From positions 186,001 to 250,000 of the forward strand of contig OZ025722.1 of the NCBI GenBank assembly GCA_964019335.1: a stretch of 64,000 bases of DNA, in the 5' to 3' direction. A program made the position numbers and the translations under genes. Shown here in pieces: positions 30,299 to 41,529 of this stretch (position 1 is its first letter; each line of letters opens with the position of its first letter). Below the pieces are notes generated by a model that was given only the letters and a program-made list of their open reading frames with translations, searched no databases and was not told where the DNA came from. Source of the stretch: Diplonema japonicum. Taxonomy: Eukaryota; Protista; Euglenozoa: Diplonemea.

Positions 30299-31303
30299 AT
30301 GACGATGTCACTTTCTGTTCTTGCTGCAGTGGTCGTGGTGTCGACGCAGCGTGCGGACACCCTTCAGGAGCCCGACCGCAACCACAACGAGCCTGTGGCC
30401 AGCGGGAACAGTCTGGCAGTGCCCGGTGACTGGGACTACTGCACCGATGCTGCTGCGTGTGGGTTGGGTTTTGGGGACTGTGACTGGGACTCCCAGTGTC
30501 AGGGTGACCTCGTCTGTGGCACAAACAACTGTCTGGCAATGAACCCCAACAAGCCGGGTGTCTACAACTCCGGCAGTGACTGCTGCGAACCATGGCAGCC
30601 CCTCCCTCTCTTCCACATCGACTACTGCTGGAAGCTCCCTGGTGGGTGTGGTTATGGAGAGGGAGACTGCGATGGGAATGGGCAGTGCAAGGACGGTCTC
30701 ATTTGCGGATACAACAACTGCAGGGCAATGCACCCCCACCTGTCGTTCGCTGGTTGGGAGGACTGCTGCGTCTCGTGCGGTGGAGTCTTCACGGTGCAAG
30801 GTGGGGCCACCATGTTCCACCCCAGTACTCAGTTCACCGGCAGGCAGTTGGTGTCAGCAGAGAGGACCCTCGCAAACCCGCCCACTATGTTGGAGACCTC
30901 AGATGTGTACAGCCTCCCGGCACTTGTTTCTGGTGATGGGATTAAACTGGAGTGCTGTGCTTCGAAGGGGGAGCCCTGCAACTTCTTCGTTGCGGTGTAC
31001 CACTGCCCCCCTTGCTCCCACAAGAAGAACGGTGGGATCCCCGCCTTCCTCGCCTCGGAGGGGTGGATGGGGTCGTCGTGCGCCCCCATCTTCACCCCCA
31101 CTGGTTCCTCCCAGTCGCAGACGATGACGGTCTTCCACAAGACCCTTGCTGCTGGGGAAGTGTTCGATATCCCTGTCACTGGTGATGCCCCGCACGTTGC
31201 AGTCTTCTCCACCACTGGGGTCGTGGATGCGGACTGGTGCCCCAAGAAGGCAACCGCCACGGGCACCACAGGACCACACAGGCCGTGTGTGTGCCTTGCG
31301 TGA
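30299..31303 (+). CDS. Secreted Cys-rich GEGDCD-repeat protein, type A copy 1 (334 aa)
   Basis: Signal peptide, two Cys modules, shared C-terminal domain. Confidence 0.88.
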   Translation: MTMSLSVLAAVVVVSTQRADTLQEPDRNHNEPVASGNSLAVPGDWDYCTDAAACGLGFGDCDWDSQCQGDLVCGTNNCLAMNPNKPGVYNSGSDCCEPWQPLPLFHIDYCWKLPGGCGYGEGDCDGNGQCKDGLICGYNNCRAMHPHLSFAGWEDCCVSCGGVFTVQGGATMFHPSTQFTGRQLVSAERTLANPPTMLETSDVYSLPALVSGDGIKLECCASKGEPCNFFVAVYHCPPCSHKKNGGIPAFLASEGWMGSSCAPIFTPTGSSQSQTMTVFHKTLAAGEVFDIPVTGDAPHVAVFSTTGVVDADWCPKKATATGTTGPHRPCVCLA

Positions 31304-32270
31304 AGGGGTTTCCCATCCGATGTGCACAAAAAACAATAACAACTGACCCTCTCTCTCCCTCTCTCTCTTTTTTTTCTGTTCTATTCTTTTTTTTTTAACC
31401 TCTGCAAGCCGCAGATTAGTGCAAATTTGAATTTATTTGCAGTCTCACGTCTATTGGCGTCGGCCTTCAGGGGTGCTGGTTTTTTTTTTTTTTTTAGTTT
31501 ATTTTTTTTCACCACAATCCTCTCATTATTGTCTGTTCTTGAACAGTGAGCGCCCCCCCCCCCCCCCCCCAGCTCACTGAAACGGTATCAAAGGTTTTCT
31601 TTTTCTACAATACTTGAGTGGGTTTCTGCGTTCCTCTTTGCTCTATAATTAGTTTTCAGAAATTTATATTCATGAGACAACTAACTGTAGATTTATTTAG
31701 AGGGTCAGCATAGTAATTTCCTCATGCCCCCCCCCCCCCCCCCCCCACAATGTAATTGCGTTACACATAATCTTTTTTTTTATTACGAAGAAAAGAAAAT
31801 TGTAACCATTGCCCTTTGTTCTTTTTTGATAACAGTAGAAGACATTCCTTTTTTTCTTCTTCTTCTTTTATTTCCCGATTCCCTTCTTCTCACTGTTGAG
31901 GCTTGAATAAATTCACGCCGCTTTGGGAGCACACCAAGGGAGGGGGCACCCCTCCAATCGAAAGGGTCTGTTAGAATGAGCTCTTACACTCACCAGCGAA
32001 TCGAAGTTATCAACATCATCCTGTTAGTCATCTTCTGATATAATATGATAGAGAAGGGGGAAAAAAAGAAGAAAACACAAAAGGCTTCACTACAAATTCG
32101 TTCTCATTTCATGCACCGAGAAGGGGGGAAGAAAAGAAACACAAAACCACCCCCTACTACCCCTTTTTTATACCATTTCTACCATGATCCACGTAACAAA
32201 AAATAACTACACAAAGTGTTTATTCTGTTTAAAAAAAAAAAAAAAAGAAAAAAAGAAAAAAAGAGAGAAA

Positions 32271-33254
32271 ATGGCAATCCTCACTGTGGCGATGCTTGCA
32301 GCGGCGACTGTTGTGGTGGATGAGCCTGAGGGCCTGGACGCTCCTGGTGACTTCCCAGCAGGTTCGGGGAACGCCATCCCGGTGCTGGGCAGCAGCAACT
32401 TTTGCAACAGCGGCGGCTGCAAGCTTGGAGAAGGCGACTGCGACATTGGGGAGTGCGCAGCCACTCTCGGGTGTGGGCTCAACAACTGCAGGGCCATGAA
32501 CCCTGGGATGGACCACGTTTTCCCTAGCTCCGCTGACTGCTGTGAACCCCTTCGTCCTTTCCACTATGAGTGGTGTGAGGGCAAGAAATGTGGCTTTGCT
32601 GAAGGTGACTGCGACAGGTCTGTTGTGGAGTGTGCCGATGGTCTCATCTGCGGGAGGAACAACTGCCGCGACATGAACCCTGGCGTCTCCGAGAGCCTCA
32701 TCCCCTCTGGTGCCGACTGCTGCACCACGTGTGCGTCTGTCACTTCTGTCAAGTCAGGCGGACCCATCATCTCCGCACCCCTCAAATTCGCGAACGGCAA
32801 GGTCGTGGCAACGGAGAGGACCCTCGCAAACCCGCCCACTATGTTGGAAACCTCAAATGTGCACAGCCTCCCGGCACTTGTTTCTGGTGATAAAATTAAA
32901 CTGGAGTGCTGTGCTTCGAAGGGGGAGCCCTGCAACTTCTTCGTTGCGGTGTACCACTGCCCCCCTTGCTCCCACAAGAAGAACGGTGGGATCCCCGCCT
33001 TCCTCGCCTCGGAGGGGTGGATGGGGTCGTCGTGCGCCCCCATCTTCACCCCCACTGGTTCCTCCCAGTCGCAGACGATGACGGTCTTCCACAAGACCCT
33101 TGCTGCTGGGGAAGTGTTCGATATCCCTGTCACCGGTGATGCCCCGCACGTTGCAGTCTTCTCCACCACTGGGGTCGTGGATGCGGACTGGTGCCCCAAG
33201 AAGGCAACCGCCACGGGCACCACAGGACCCCACAGGCCGTGTGTGTGCTTGTGA
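32271..33254 (+). CDS. Secreted Cys-rich protein, type B copy 1 (327 aa)
   Basis: MAILTVAML start after A-run; F-like N-terminus, A-like C-terminus. Confidence 0.88.
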   Translation: MAILTVAMLAAATVVVDEPEGLDAPGDFPAGSGNAIPVLGSSNFCNSGGCKLGEGDCDIGECAATLGCGLNNCRAMNPGMDHVFPSSADCCEPLRPFHYEWCEGKKCGFAEGDCDRSVVECADGLICGRNNCRDMNPGVSESLIPSGADCCTTCASVTSVKSGGPIISAPLKFANGKVVATERTLANPPTMLETSNVHSLPALVSGDKIKLECCASKGEPCNFFVAVYHCPPCSHKKNGGIPAFLASEGWMGSSCAPIFTPTGSSQSQTMTVFHKTLAAGEVFDIPVTGDAPHVAVFSTTGVVDADWCPKKATATGTTGPHRPCVCL

Positions 33255-34086
33255 TGATGTGGATTTTCTCAAGATGATAAACCAAAAAGAAAAAAACCTC
33301 CCCCTTTTTTTTTATTGACTTGTCTGACCAACGTGATTCGGGTAATGAACACTCCACCCGGCACGTACAAATGGCCAGTTACTCTTTTTTCATCCCCCCC
33401 CCGCCCCTTTTTTCTCCCCCTCTCTCTTGGTGCGCACATTGACTGTGACGTGGCTTTTTTTCTTTTCCCCCCAGGTCTTTTCTTTTTCTCCGTTCTTTTT
33501 TGTGGGGGGGTGGCTTTTTGTAGCCCTGTGTGTGATCTAATATAAAAACCTTCTCTTTAAAAGAGCGGTGTCTTAATGAAAAGGGAAATGGCAACACATG
33601 ACGGCAAGTAGAGGAGAGCCCCCCCCCCCCCCCCCCCCCATCCGTGCGAAATAAATATTGGGCCGTTGCTAGCACGCGTCCTCCATCATATTCTGATTTT
33701 TTTCTATTCAAAACAAAAGTCTTCCTGCCCCCTGGTGGTGGTCGGTAAAACTTATTTACACCAAAGAAATCGTTATCTCCCCCGCCCTTCTCTTTTTATT
33801 TCCCTATCCCTTTCTTATCACTGCTGAGGCATGAATAAATTCACGCTGCTTTGGGAGCAAATAAGTATCTTCGTGTGGTGCCGACTGGAAGAAGGATTTT
33901 TACACCATGGGACTCTATTTTTTGTCTTCAGGACGAAAAGTAGAGAATGTTATTTTTAGAAAGAGTTGTCGCAAAACTCGAGCGAATCCCCCCCCCCCTC
34001 TCTCTCTCTCTTCTCTCGCCCCCTTTTTATACCATTTCTACCATGATGCGACGTCCTTTAAAGAAATACAAGAAACCTCCAAAAAC

Positions 34087-35091
34087 ATGACGATGTCACT
34101 TTCTGTTCTTGCTGCAGTGGTCGTGGTGTCGACGCAGCGTGCGGACACCCTTCAGGAGCCCGACCGCAACCACAACGAGCCTGTGGCCAGCGGGAACAGT
34201 CTGGCAGTGCCCGGTGACTGGGAATACTGCACCGATGCTGCTGCGTGTGGGTTGGGTTTTGGGGACTGCGACACTGACTCCCAGTGTCAGGGTGACCTCG
34301 TCTGTGGCACAAACAACTGTCTGGCAATGAACCCCAACAAGCCGGGTGTCTACAACTCCGGCAGTGACTGCTGCGAACCATGGCAGCCCCTCCCTCTCTT
34401 CCACATCGACTACTGCTCGAAGCTCCCCGGTAGGTGTGGTTATGGAGAGGGAGACTGCGATGGGAATGGGCAGTGCAAGGACGGTCTCATTTGCGGATAC
34501 AACAACTGCAGGGCAATGCACCCCCACCTGTCGTTCGCTGGTTGGGAGGACTGCTGCGTCTCGTGCGGTGGAGTCTTCACGGTGCAAGGTGGGGCCACCA
34601 CGTTCCACCCCAGTACTCAGTTCACCGGCAGGCAGTTGGTGTCAGCAGAGAGGACCCTCGCAAACCCGCCCACTATGTTGGAGACCTCAGATGTGTACAG
34701 CCTCCCGGCACTTGTTTCTGGTGATGGGATTAAACTGGAGTGCTGTGCTTCGAAGGGGGAGCCCTGCAACTTCTTCGTTGCGGTGTACCACTGCCCCCCT
34801 TGCTCCCACAAGAAGAACGGTGGGATCCCCGCCTTCCTCGCCTCGGAGGGGTGGATGGGGTCGTCGTGCGCCCCCATCTTCACCCCCACTGGTTCCTCCC
34901 AGTCGCAGACGATGACGGTCTTCCACAAGACCCTTGCTGCTGGGGAAGTGTTCGATATCCCTGTCACTGGTGATGCCCCGCACGTTGCAGTCTTCTCCAC
35001 CACTGGGGTCGTGGATGCGGACTGGTGCCCCAAGAAGGCAACCGCCACGGGCACCACAGGACCACACAGGCCGTGTGTGTGCCTTGCGTGA
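34087..35091 (+). CDS. Secreted Cys-rich protein, type A' copy 1 (334 aa)
   Basis: Differs from A copy 1 by 5 aa, all in the N-terminal half. Confidence 0.88.
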   Translation: MTMSLSVLAAVVVVSTQRADTLQEPDRNHNEPVASGNSLAVPGDWEYCTDAAACGLGFGDCDTDSQCQGDLVCGTNNCLAMNPNKPGVYNSGSDCCEPWQPLPLFHIDYCSKLPGRCGYGEGDCDGNGQCKDGLICGYNNCRAMHPHLSFAGWEDCCVSCGGVFTVQGGATTFHPSTQFTGRQLVSAERTLANPPTMLETSDVYSLPALVSGDGIKLECCASKGEPCNFFVAVYHCPPCSHKKNGGIPAFLASEGWMGSSCAPIFTPTGSSQSQTMTVFHKTLAAGEVFDIPVTGDAPHVAVFSTTGVVDADWCPKKATATGTTGPHRPCVCLA

Positions 35092-36246
35092 AGGGGTTTC
35101 CCATCCGATGTGCACAAAAAACAATAACAACTGACCCTCTCTCTCCCTCTCTCTTTTTTCTTCTTTTCTATTCTTTTTTTTTAACCTCTGCAAGCCGCAG
35201 ATTAGTGCAAATTTGAATTTATTTGCAGTCTCACGTCTATTGGCGTCGGCCTTCAGGGGTGCTGGTTTTTTTTTTTTTTTTTAGTTTATTTTTTTTTCAC
35301 CACAATCCTCCCATTATTGTCTGTTCTTGAACAGTGAGCACCCCCCCCCCCCTAGCTCACTGAAACGGTATCAAAGGTTTTCTTTTTCTACAATACTTGA
35401 GTGGGGTTCTGCGTTCCTCTTTGCTCTATAATTAGTTTTCAGAAATTTATATTCATGAGACAACTAACTGTAGATTTATTTAGAGGGTCAGCATAAGCAC
35501 GTAATTTCCTTATGTTGCTCTGTTTTCTCTTTTTTTTATGATGAACGGAAACTCACTTTTTATTGTAGTTATCAAAAAGAATGTTAACAATGTAATTGCG
35601 TTACACATAATCTTTTTTTTTTTATTACGAAGAAAAGAAAATTGTAACCATTGCCCTTTGTTCTTTTTTGATAAGCAGCACGAATTACAGTAAAAGACAT
35701 TCTTTTTTTTCTTCTTCTTTTATTTCCCGATTCCCTTCTTCTCACTGTTAAGGCTTGAATAAATTCACGCTGCTTTGGGAGCAATAGGTATGGGAAGAAT
35801 ACCAAGGGAGGGGGGGCACCCCTCCAATCCAAAGGGAAGAAAAGAAGAAAACACAAAAGGCTTCACTACAAATACGTTCTCATTTCATGCACCGTAAAAC
35901 TTATTTACACCAAAGAAATCGTTATCTCCCCCGCCCTTCTCTTTTTATTTCCCTATCCCTTTCTTATCACTGCTGAGGCATGAATAAATTCACGCTGCTT
36001 TGGGAGCAAATAAGTATCTTCGTGTGGTGCCGACTGGAAGAAGGATTTTTACACCATGGGACTCTATTTTTTGTCTTCAGGACGAAAAGTAGAGAATGTT
36101 ATTTTTAGAAAGAGTTGTCGCAAAACTCGAGCGAATCCCCCCCCCCCCCCCCCCCTCTCTCTCTCTCTCTTCTCTCGCCCCCTTTTTATACCATTTCTAC
36201 CATGATGCGACGTCCTTTAAAGAAATACAAAGAAACCTCCAAAAAC

Positions 36247-37251
36247 ATGACGATGTCACTTTCTGTTCTTGCTGCAGTGGTCGTGGTGTCGACGCAGCGT
36301 GCGGACACCCTTCAGGAGCCCGACCGCAACCACAACGAGCCTGTGGCCAGCGGGAACAGTCTGGCAGTGCCCGGTGACTGGGACTACTGCACCGATGCTG
36401 CTGCGTGTGGGTTGGGTTTTGGGGACTGTGACACTGACTCCCAGTGTCAGGGTGACCTCCACTGTGGCACAGACAACTGTCTGGCAATGAACCCCAACAA
36501 GCCGGGTGTCTACAGCTCCGGCAGTGACTGCTGCGACGTATTGCAGCCCTTTCACATCGACTACTGCTGGAAGACCCCCGGTGGGTGTGGTTATGGAGAG
36601 GGAGACTGCGATGGGGATGGTGAGTGCAAGGACGGCCTCGTGTGCGGATACGACAACTGCAGGGCAATGCACCCCGATGTTCCCCCCAACAGGTTCATTG
36701 GGTGGGAGGACTGCTGCGTCTCGTGCGGTGGAGTCTTCACGGTGCAAGGTGGGGCCACCATGTTCCACCCCAGTACTCAGTTCACCGGCAGGCAGTTGGT
36801 GTCAGCAGAGAGGACCCTCGCAAACCCGCCCACTATGTTGGAGACCTCAGATGTGTACAGCCTCCCGGCACTTGTTTCTGGTGATGGGATTAAACTGGAG
36901 TGCTGTGCTTCGAAGGGGGAGCCCTGCAACTTCTTCGTTGCGGTGTACCACTGCCCCCCTTGCTCCCACAAGAAGAACGGTGGGATCCCCGCCTTCCTCG
37001 CCTCGGAGGGGTGGATGGGGTCGTCGTGCGCCCCCATCTTCACCCCCACTGGTTCCTCCCAGTCGCAGACGATGACGGTCTTCCACAAGACCCTTGCTGC
37101 TGGGGAAGTGTTCGATATCCCTGTCACTGGTGATGCCCCGCACGTTGCAGTCTTCTCCACCACTGGGGTCGTGGATGCGGACTGGTGCCCCAAGAAGGCA
37201 ACTGCCACGGGCACCACAGGGCCCCACAGACTGTGCGTGTGCGTTGTATGA
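36247..37251 (+). CDS. Secreted Cys-rich protein, type C copy 1 (334 aa)
   Basis: Variant Cys modules (LHCGTDNC, DVPPNRFIG), shared C-terminal domain. Confidence 0.88.
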   Translation: MTMSLSVLAAVVVVSTQRADTLQEPDRNHNEPVASGNSLAVPGDWDYCTDAAACGLGFGDCDTDSQCQGDLHCGTDNCLAMNPNKPGVYSSGSDCCDVLQPFHIDYCWKTPGGCGYGEGDCDGDGECKDGLVCGYDNCRAMHPDVPPNRFIGWEDCCVSCGGVFTVQGGATMFHPSTQFTGRQLVSAERTLANPPTMLETSDVYSLPALVSGDGIKLECCASKGEPCNFFVAVYHCPPCSHKKNGGIPAFLASEGWMGSSCAPIFTPTGSSQSQTMTVFHKTLAAGEVFDIPVTGDAPHVAVFSTTGVVDADWCPKKATATGTTGPHRLCVCVV

Positions 37252-37937
37252 AGGGTTTCAAAAATGCCTCTCTCTCTCTCTCTCTTTATTCTTTTCTATT
37301 CCTTTTTAACCCCTGCAAGCCGCAGATTATCGCAAGCGTTGAATCTGTATAATCAGTCTTCCGGGTGCCCCCCTCCCCCCAACCCTTTGTTTAATAATGA
37401 TCAAGGACTTGATGCAATGTGCCGGAGCAAGAAAGCTTTAGCAGGTAGAAAAAAAAGGAAAAAGAATTCTCCGTCCCGCCCCCCCCTTTTTGTCCTGCGT
37501 TTCTTGATCTGTGGAGGCGTCAAGCCAAGAATGATGTTATTACGTTATTTATTTCTCTAATTCTAAAAGCACCCCCATATCTCTAAACCCGATTGCCTTT
37601 GTCAGAAGGAAAACGTATCACACATATCACAGCTGTTGTTTTGAAGAGAAAAAAAAAAAAAACCATCCTGTCGACGGGTTGAGCGATGTGAGGTGTTCGG
37701 TTTTTTATTCCTCTTTTATGTGGGATTCTGCGCTACTCTTGCTTCTTTAACTATTCTAGACTTATTTGGGTTCAGCGCTTTGGTTTCATTTCCTTTCTTA
37801 TCACTGCAGAGGCTTGAATACATTCACGCCGCCACCTTAGGAGCAAACAGGCACCTTTTTTTTTTTTTTACACCTCCATTTTTTTGTGTCGCTCAGGACA
37901 ACAGAAAAGAATGGATTGGGGGGGAAAGAAAGAAGAG

Positions 37938-37970
<33 letters not shown>

Positions 37971-38181
37971 ATAGCTAGCAATTGTTCGTTTACAAAATCT
38001 TTACAAAGCTGTTCCTACGGACCGCCTGCAACACCTTGCCACCCAAAGGCCCTGTCCATTTTCCTTTTTTATTGAAAGGCTACACTACAAAAACGAACGT
38101 TCATTTCATTCCACCCCACCCCCTTTTTTTCATAAACCTCTCTTTCCCCTTCCTGCGTTACAACCAACAACAACAAATATA

Positions 38182-39516
38182 CATAGTATCCAGGGTTAAC
38201 CGATCACCCGCGGGTTTTTAATTACAATCGGGTGACGTCAAATGAAAGGCGAGCGTGCAACCATGCTTAAAACCCTTATATTCGTATCCCGGGCCCCCCA
38301 GATACACAAAGCCGACCCCAGGGAGCATCAAAACGACTTAGAAAAGGATTATTTTCCCGAAAAGCTGGTTTTTCCCTTTTTTTGGCGGTTTTTCTTCTTT
38401 TTTCTGTTTAAATAGGAGCGAAATCAAAAATCAATAATTAGAACGGGAGGAGAGCGTGCAACCATACTTATAACCCTTCTATTCGTCTCCCGGACCTCCC
38501 AGGTACACAAAGCCTGCATCGAAACGACTTAGAAAAGGATTATTTTCCCGAAAATCGGGATTTTCCTTGTTTTTGGCGAGTTTTTAACTAGGCGCGAAAG
38601 TTAATAATGAAAAACATTGAAACTTGAACGGGAAGTGTGGCAATGCACAAAGTAAGGGGGGCGCCACCACAGAGAACTGAATGCACACACAGCGATGAAC
38701 GCCCAATTTCTTACCTCCCTGCTTGCAACCCGGCGTGCCTGAGAACGTGGTGCCTGTCAGACGAACAGAGCACCGCTGATGTCCTGGTTCAGGTACAAGA
38801 ACAACAGCTGCCTTCGTACGTCTGGTGTGAGGCGGACGCGACGCATCTCTCCGAACTTGGCGTCGATCAGGAGAACACCGCGTCCGCGTCCACGGCTGTT
38901 ACCACAGGCTGCGCGTACAGCAGCGACAAGGCCCTGTCATGCAAAACAGGGAGAGCAGCTTTCTGAGCCAGCCACCACGCTTCGATATCGAATGAGGTAC
39001 TCGTCTCAAGGCTGTGGTCCATTTGGGCTATGGCCGAGTAGGACAGCCATTCCCCCTCTCTTGCAGAGGTAGGCTGTCGCGTACCGTTGCGAAGCCGCGC
39101 TAGAAAAACTAGTTGATGGCAGCGTAATGAGCTATTTTTATTGGGTAAAATTCCGCTCGTGCGCATAAACAGACCCTGACCCGGTATATATTAACAAGTC
39201 TGAAAACCAGTTTTTTTCAAAACTGCATTTAAAGCCTTAAATAAGGCTCTATTTTGGGTTTTAATGGCTGGAATGGGCTCAGATCGTCAAAATAGGGTTT
39301 TTGAAAAAAAAAAAAAAAAAAAAAAAATTGAGCATGGTCTTGGTATTTTTTGCCAGAAATATGGGTTTTGGATCGATCAAACCGATCATAAATTTAAAAA
39401 AAACCGATCCGAAATTACAAAAAAACCCATCATTAACCCGACTGTGATCGAAAATCTAAAATTGCTAGGGTCGGGTTTCAAAACCCGAAGGTGATCGGTT
39501 AACCCTGGATACTATG
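38182..39516 (-). mobile_element. Non-autonomous hAT element, copy 1 (1335 bp)
   Basis: Perfect 27-bp TIR CATAGTATCCAGGGTTAACCGATCACC; AATATA TSD; minus-strand hAT dimerisation-domain remnant DIEAWW...LPVLHDRALSLL...AVFS/(frameshift)..RRVRLTPDVRRQLLFLYLN; ~200-bp subterminal direct repeat. Confidence 0.9.
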
Positions 39517-39557
39517 AATATAGATTATAAAAAAAAAAAAGAGAAACCTCCAAAAAC

Positions 39558-40562
39558 ATGACGATGTCACTTTCTGTTCTTGCTGCAGTGGTCGTGGTGT
39601 CGACGCAGCGTGCGGACACCCTTCAGGAGCCCGACCGCAACCACAACGAGCCTGTGGCCAGCGGGAACAGTCTGGCAGTGCCCGGTGACTGGGACTACTG
39701 CACCGATGCTGCTGCGTGTGGGTTGGGTTTTGGGGACTGTGACTGGGACTCCCAGTGTCAGGGTGACCTCGTCTGTGGCACAAACAACTGTCTGGCAATG
39801 AACCCCAACAAGCCGGGTGTCTACAACTCCGGCAGTGACTGCTGCGAACCATGGCAGCCCCTCCCTCTCTTCCACATCGACTACTGCTGGAAGCTCCCTG
39901 GTGGGTGTGGTTATGGAGAGGGAGACTGCGATGGGAATGGGCAGTGCAAGGACGGTCTCATTTGCGGATACAACAACTGCAGGGCAATGCACCCCCACCT
40001 GTCGTTCGCTGGTTGGGAGGACTGCTGCGTCTCGTGCGGTGGAGTCTTCACGGTGCAAGGTGGGGCCACCATGTTCCACCCCAGTACTCAGTTCACCGGC
40101 AGGCAGTTGGTGTCAGCAGAGAGGACCCTCGCAAACCCGCCCACTATGTTGGAGACCTCAGATGTGTACAGCCTCCCGGCACTTGTTTCTGGTGATGGGA
40201 TTAAACTGGAGTGCTGTGCTTCGAAGGGGGAGCCCTGCAACTTCTTCGTTGCGGTGTACCACTGCCCCCCTTGCTCCCACAAGAAGAACGGTGGGATCCC
40301 CGCCTTCCTCGCCTCGGAGGGGTGGATGGGGTCGTCGTGCGCCCCCATCTTCACCCCCACTGGTTCCTCCCAGTCGCAGACGATGACGGTCTTCCACAAG
40401 ACCCTTGCTGCTGGGGAAGTGTTCGATATCCCTGTCACTGGTGATGCCCCGCACGTTGCAGTCTTCTCCATTACTGGGGTCGTGGATGCGGACTGGTGCC
40501 CCAAGAAGGCAACCGCCACGGGCACCACAGGACCACACAGGCCGTGTGTGTGCCTTGCGTGA
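39558..40562 (+). CDS. Secreted Cys-rich protein, type A copy 2
   Basis: As A copy 1 except STT>SIT. Confidence 0.88.
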   Translation: MTMSLSVLAAVVVVSTQRADTLQEPDRNHNEPVASGNSLAVPGDWDYCTDAAACGLGFGDCDWDSQCQGDLVCGTNNCLAMNPNKPGVYNSGSDCCEPWQPLPLFHIDYCWKLPGGCGYGEGDCDGNGQCKDGLICGYNNCRAMHPHLSFAGWEDCCVSCGGVFTVQGGATMFHPSTQFTGRQLVSAERTLANPPTMLETSDVYSLPALVSGDGIKLECCASKGEPCNFFVAVYHCPPCSHKKNGGIPAFLASEGWMGSSCAPIFTPTGSSQSQTMTVFHKTLAAGEVFDIPVTGDAPHVAVFSITGVVDADWCPKKATATGTTGPHRPCVCLA

Positions 40563-41529
40563 AGGGGTTTCCCATCCGATGTGCACAAAAAACAATAACA
40601 ACTGACCCTCTCTCTCCCTCTCTCTCTTTTTTTTCTGTTCTATTCTTTTTTTTTTAACCTCTGCAAGCCGCAGATTAGTGCAAATTTGAATTTATTTGCA
40701 GTCTCACGTCTATTGGCGTCGGCCTTCAGGGGTGCTGGTTTTTTTTTTTTTTTAGTTTATTTTTTTTCACCACAATCCTCTCATTATTGTCTGTTCTTGA
40801 ACAGTGAGCGCCCCCCCCCCCCCCCCCCCAGCTCACTGAAACGGTATCAAAGGTTTTCTTTTTCTACAATACTTGAGTGGGTTTCTGCGTTCCTCTTTGC
40901 TCTATAATTAGTTTTCAGAAATTTATATTCATGAGACAACTAACTGTAGATTTATTTAGAGGGTCAGCATAGTAATTTCCTCATGCCCCCCCCCCCCCCC
41001 CCCCCACAATGTAATTGCGTTACACATAATCTTTTTTTTTATTACGAAGAAAAGAAAATTGTAACCATTGCCCTTTGTTCTTTTTTGATAACAGTAGAAG
41101 ACATTCCTTTTTTTCTTCTTCTTCTTTTATTTCCCGATTCCCTTCTTCTCACTGTTGAGGCTTGAATAAATTCACGCCGCTTTGGGAGCACACCAAGGGA
41201 GGGGGCACCCCTCCAATCGAAAGGGTCTGTTAGAATGAGCTCTTACACTCACCAGCGAATCGAAGTTATCAACATCATCCTGTTAGTCATCTTCTGATAT
41301 AATATGATAGAGAAGGGGGAAAAAAAGAAGAAAACACAAAAGGCTTCACTACAAATTCGTTCTCATTTCATGCACCGAGAAGGGGGGAAGAAAAGAAACA
41401 CAAAACCACCCCCTACTACCCCTTTTTTATACCATTTCTACCATGATCCACGTAACAAAAAATAACTACACAAAGTGTTTATTCTGTTTAAAAAAAAAAA
41501 AAAAAGAAAAAAAGAAAAAAAGAGAGAAA

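Noticed and set aside
33240-33257. C-terminal CVCL as a CaaX prenylation motif, and TGA TGA as selenocysteine
   Set aside because: The proteins have signal peptides, paralogs end differently, and no SECIS was seen
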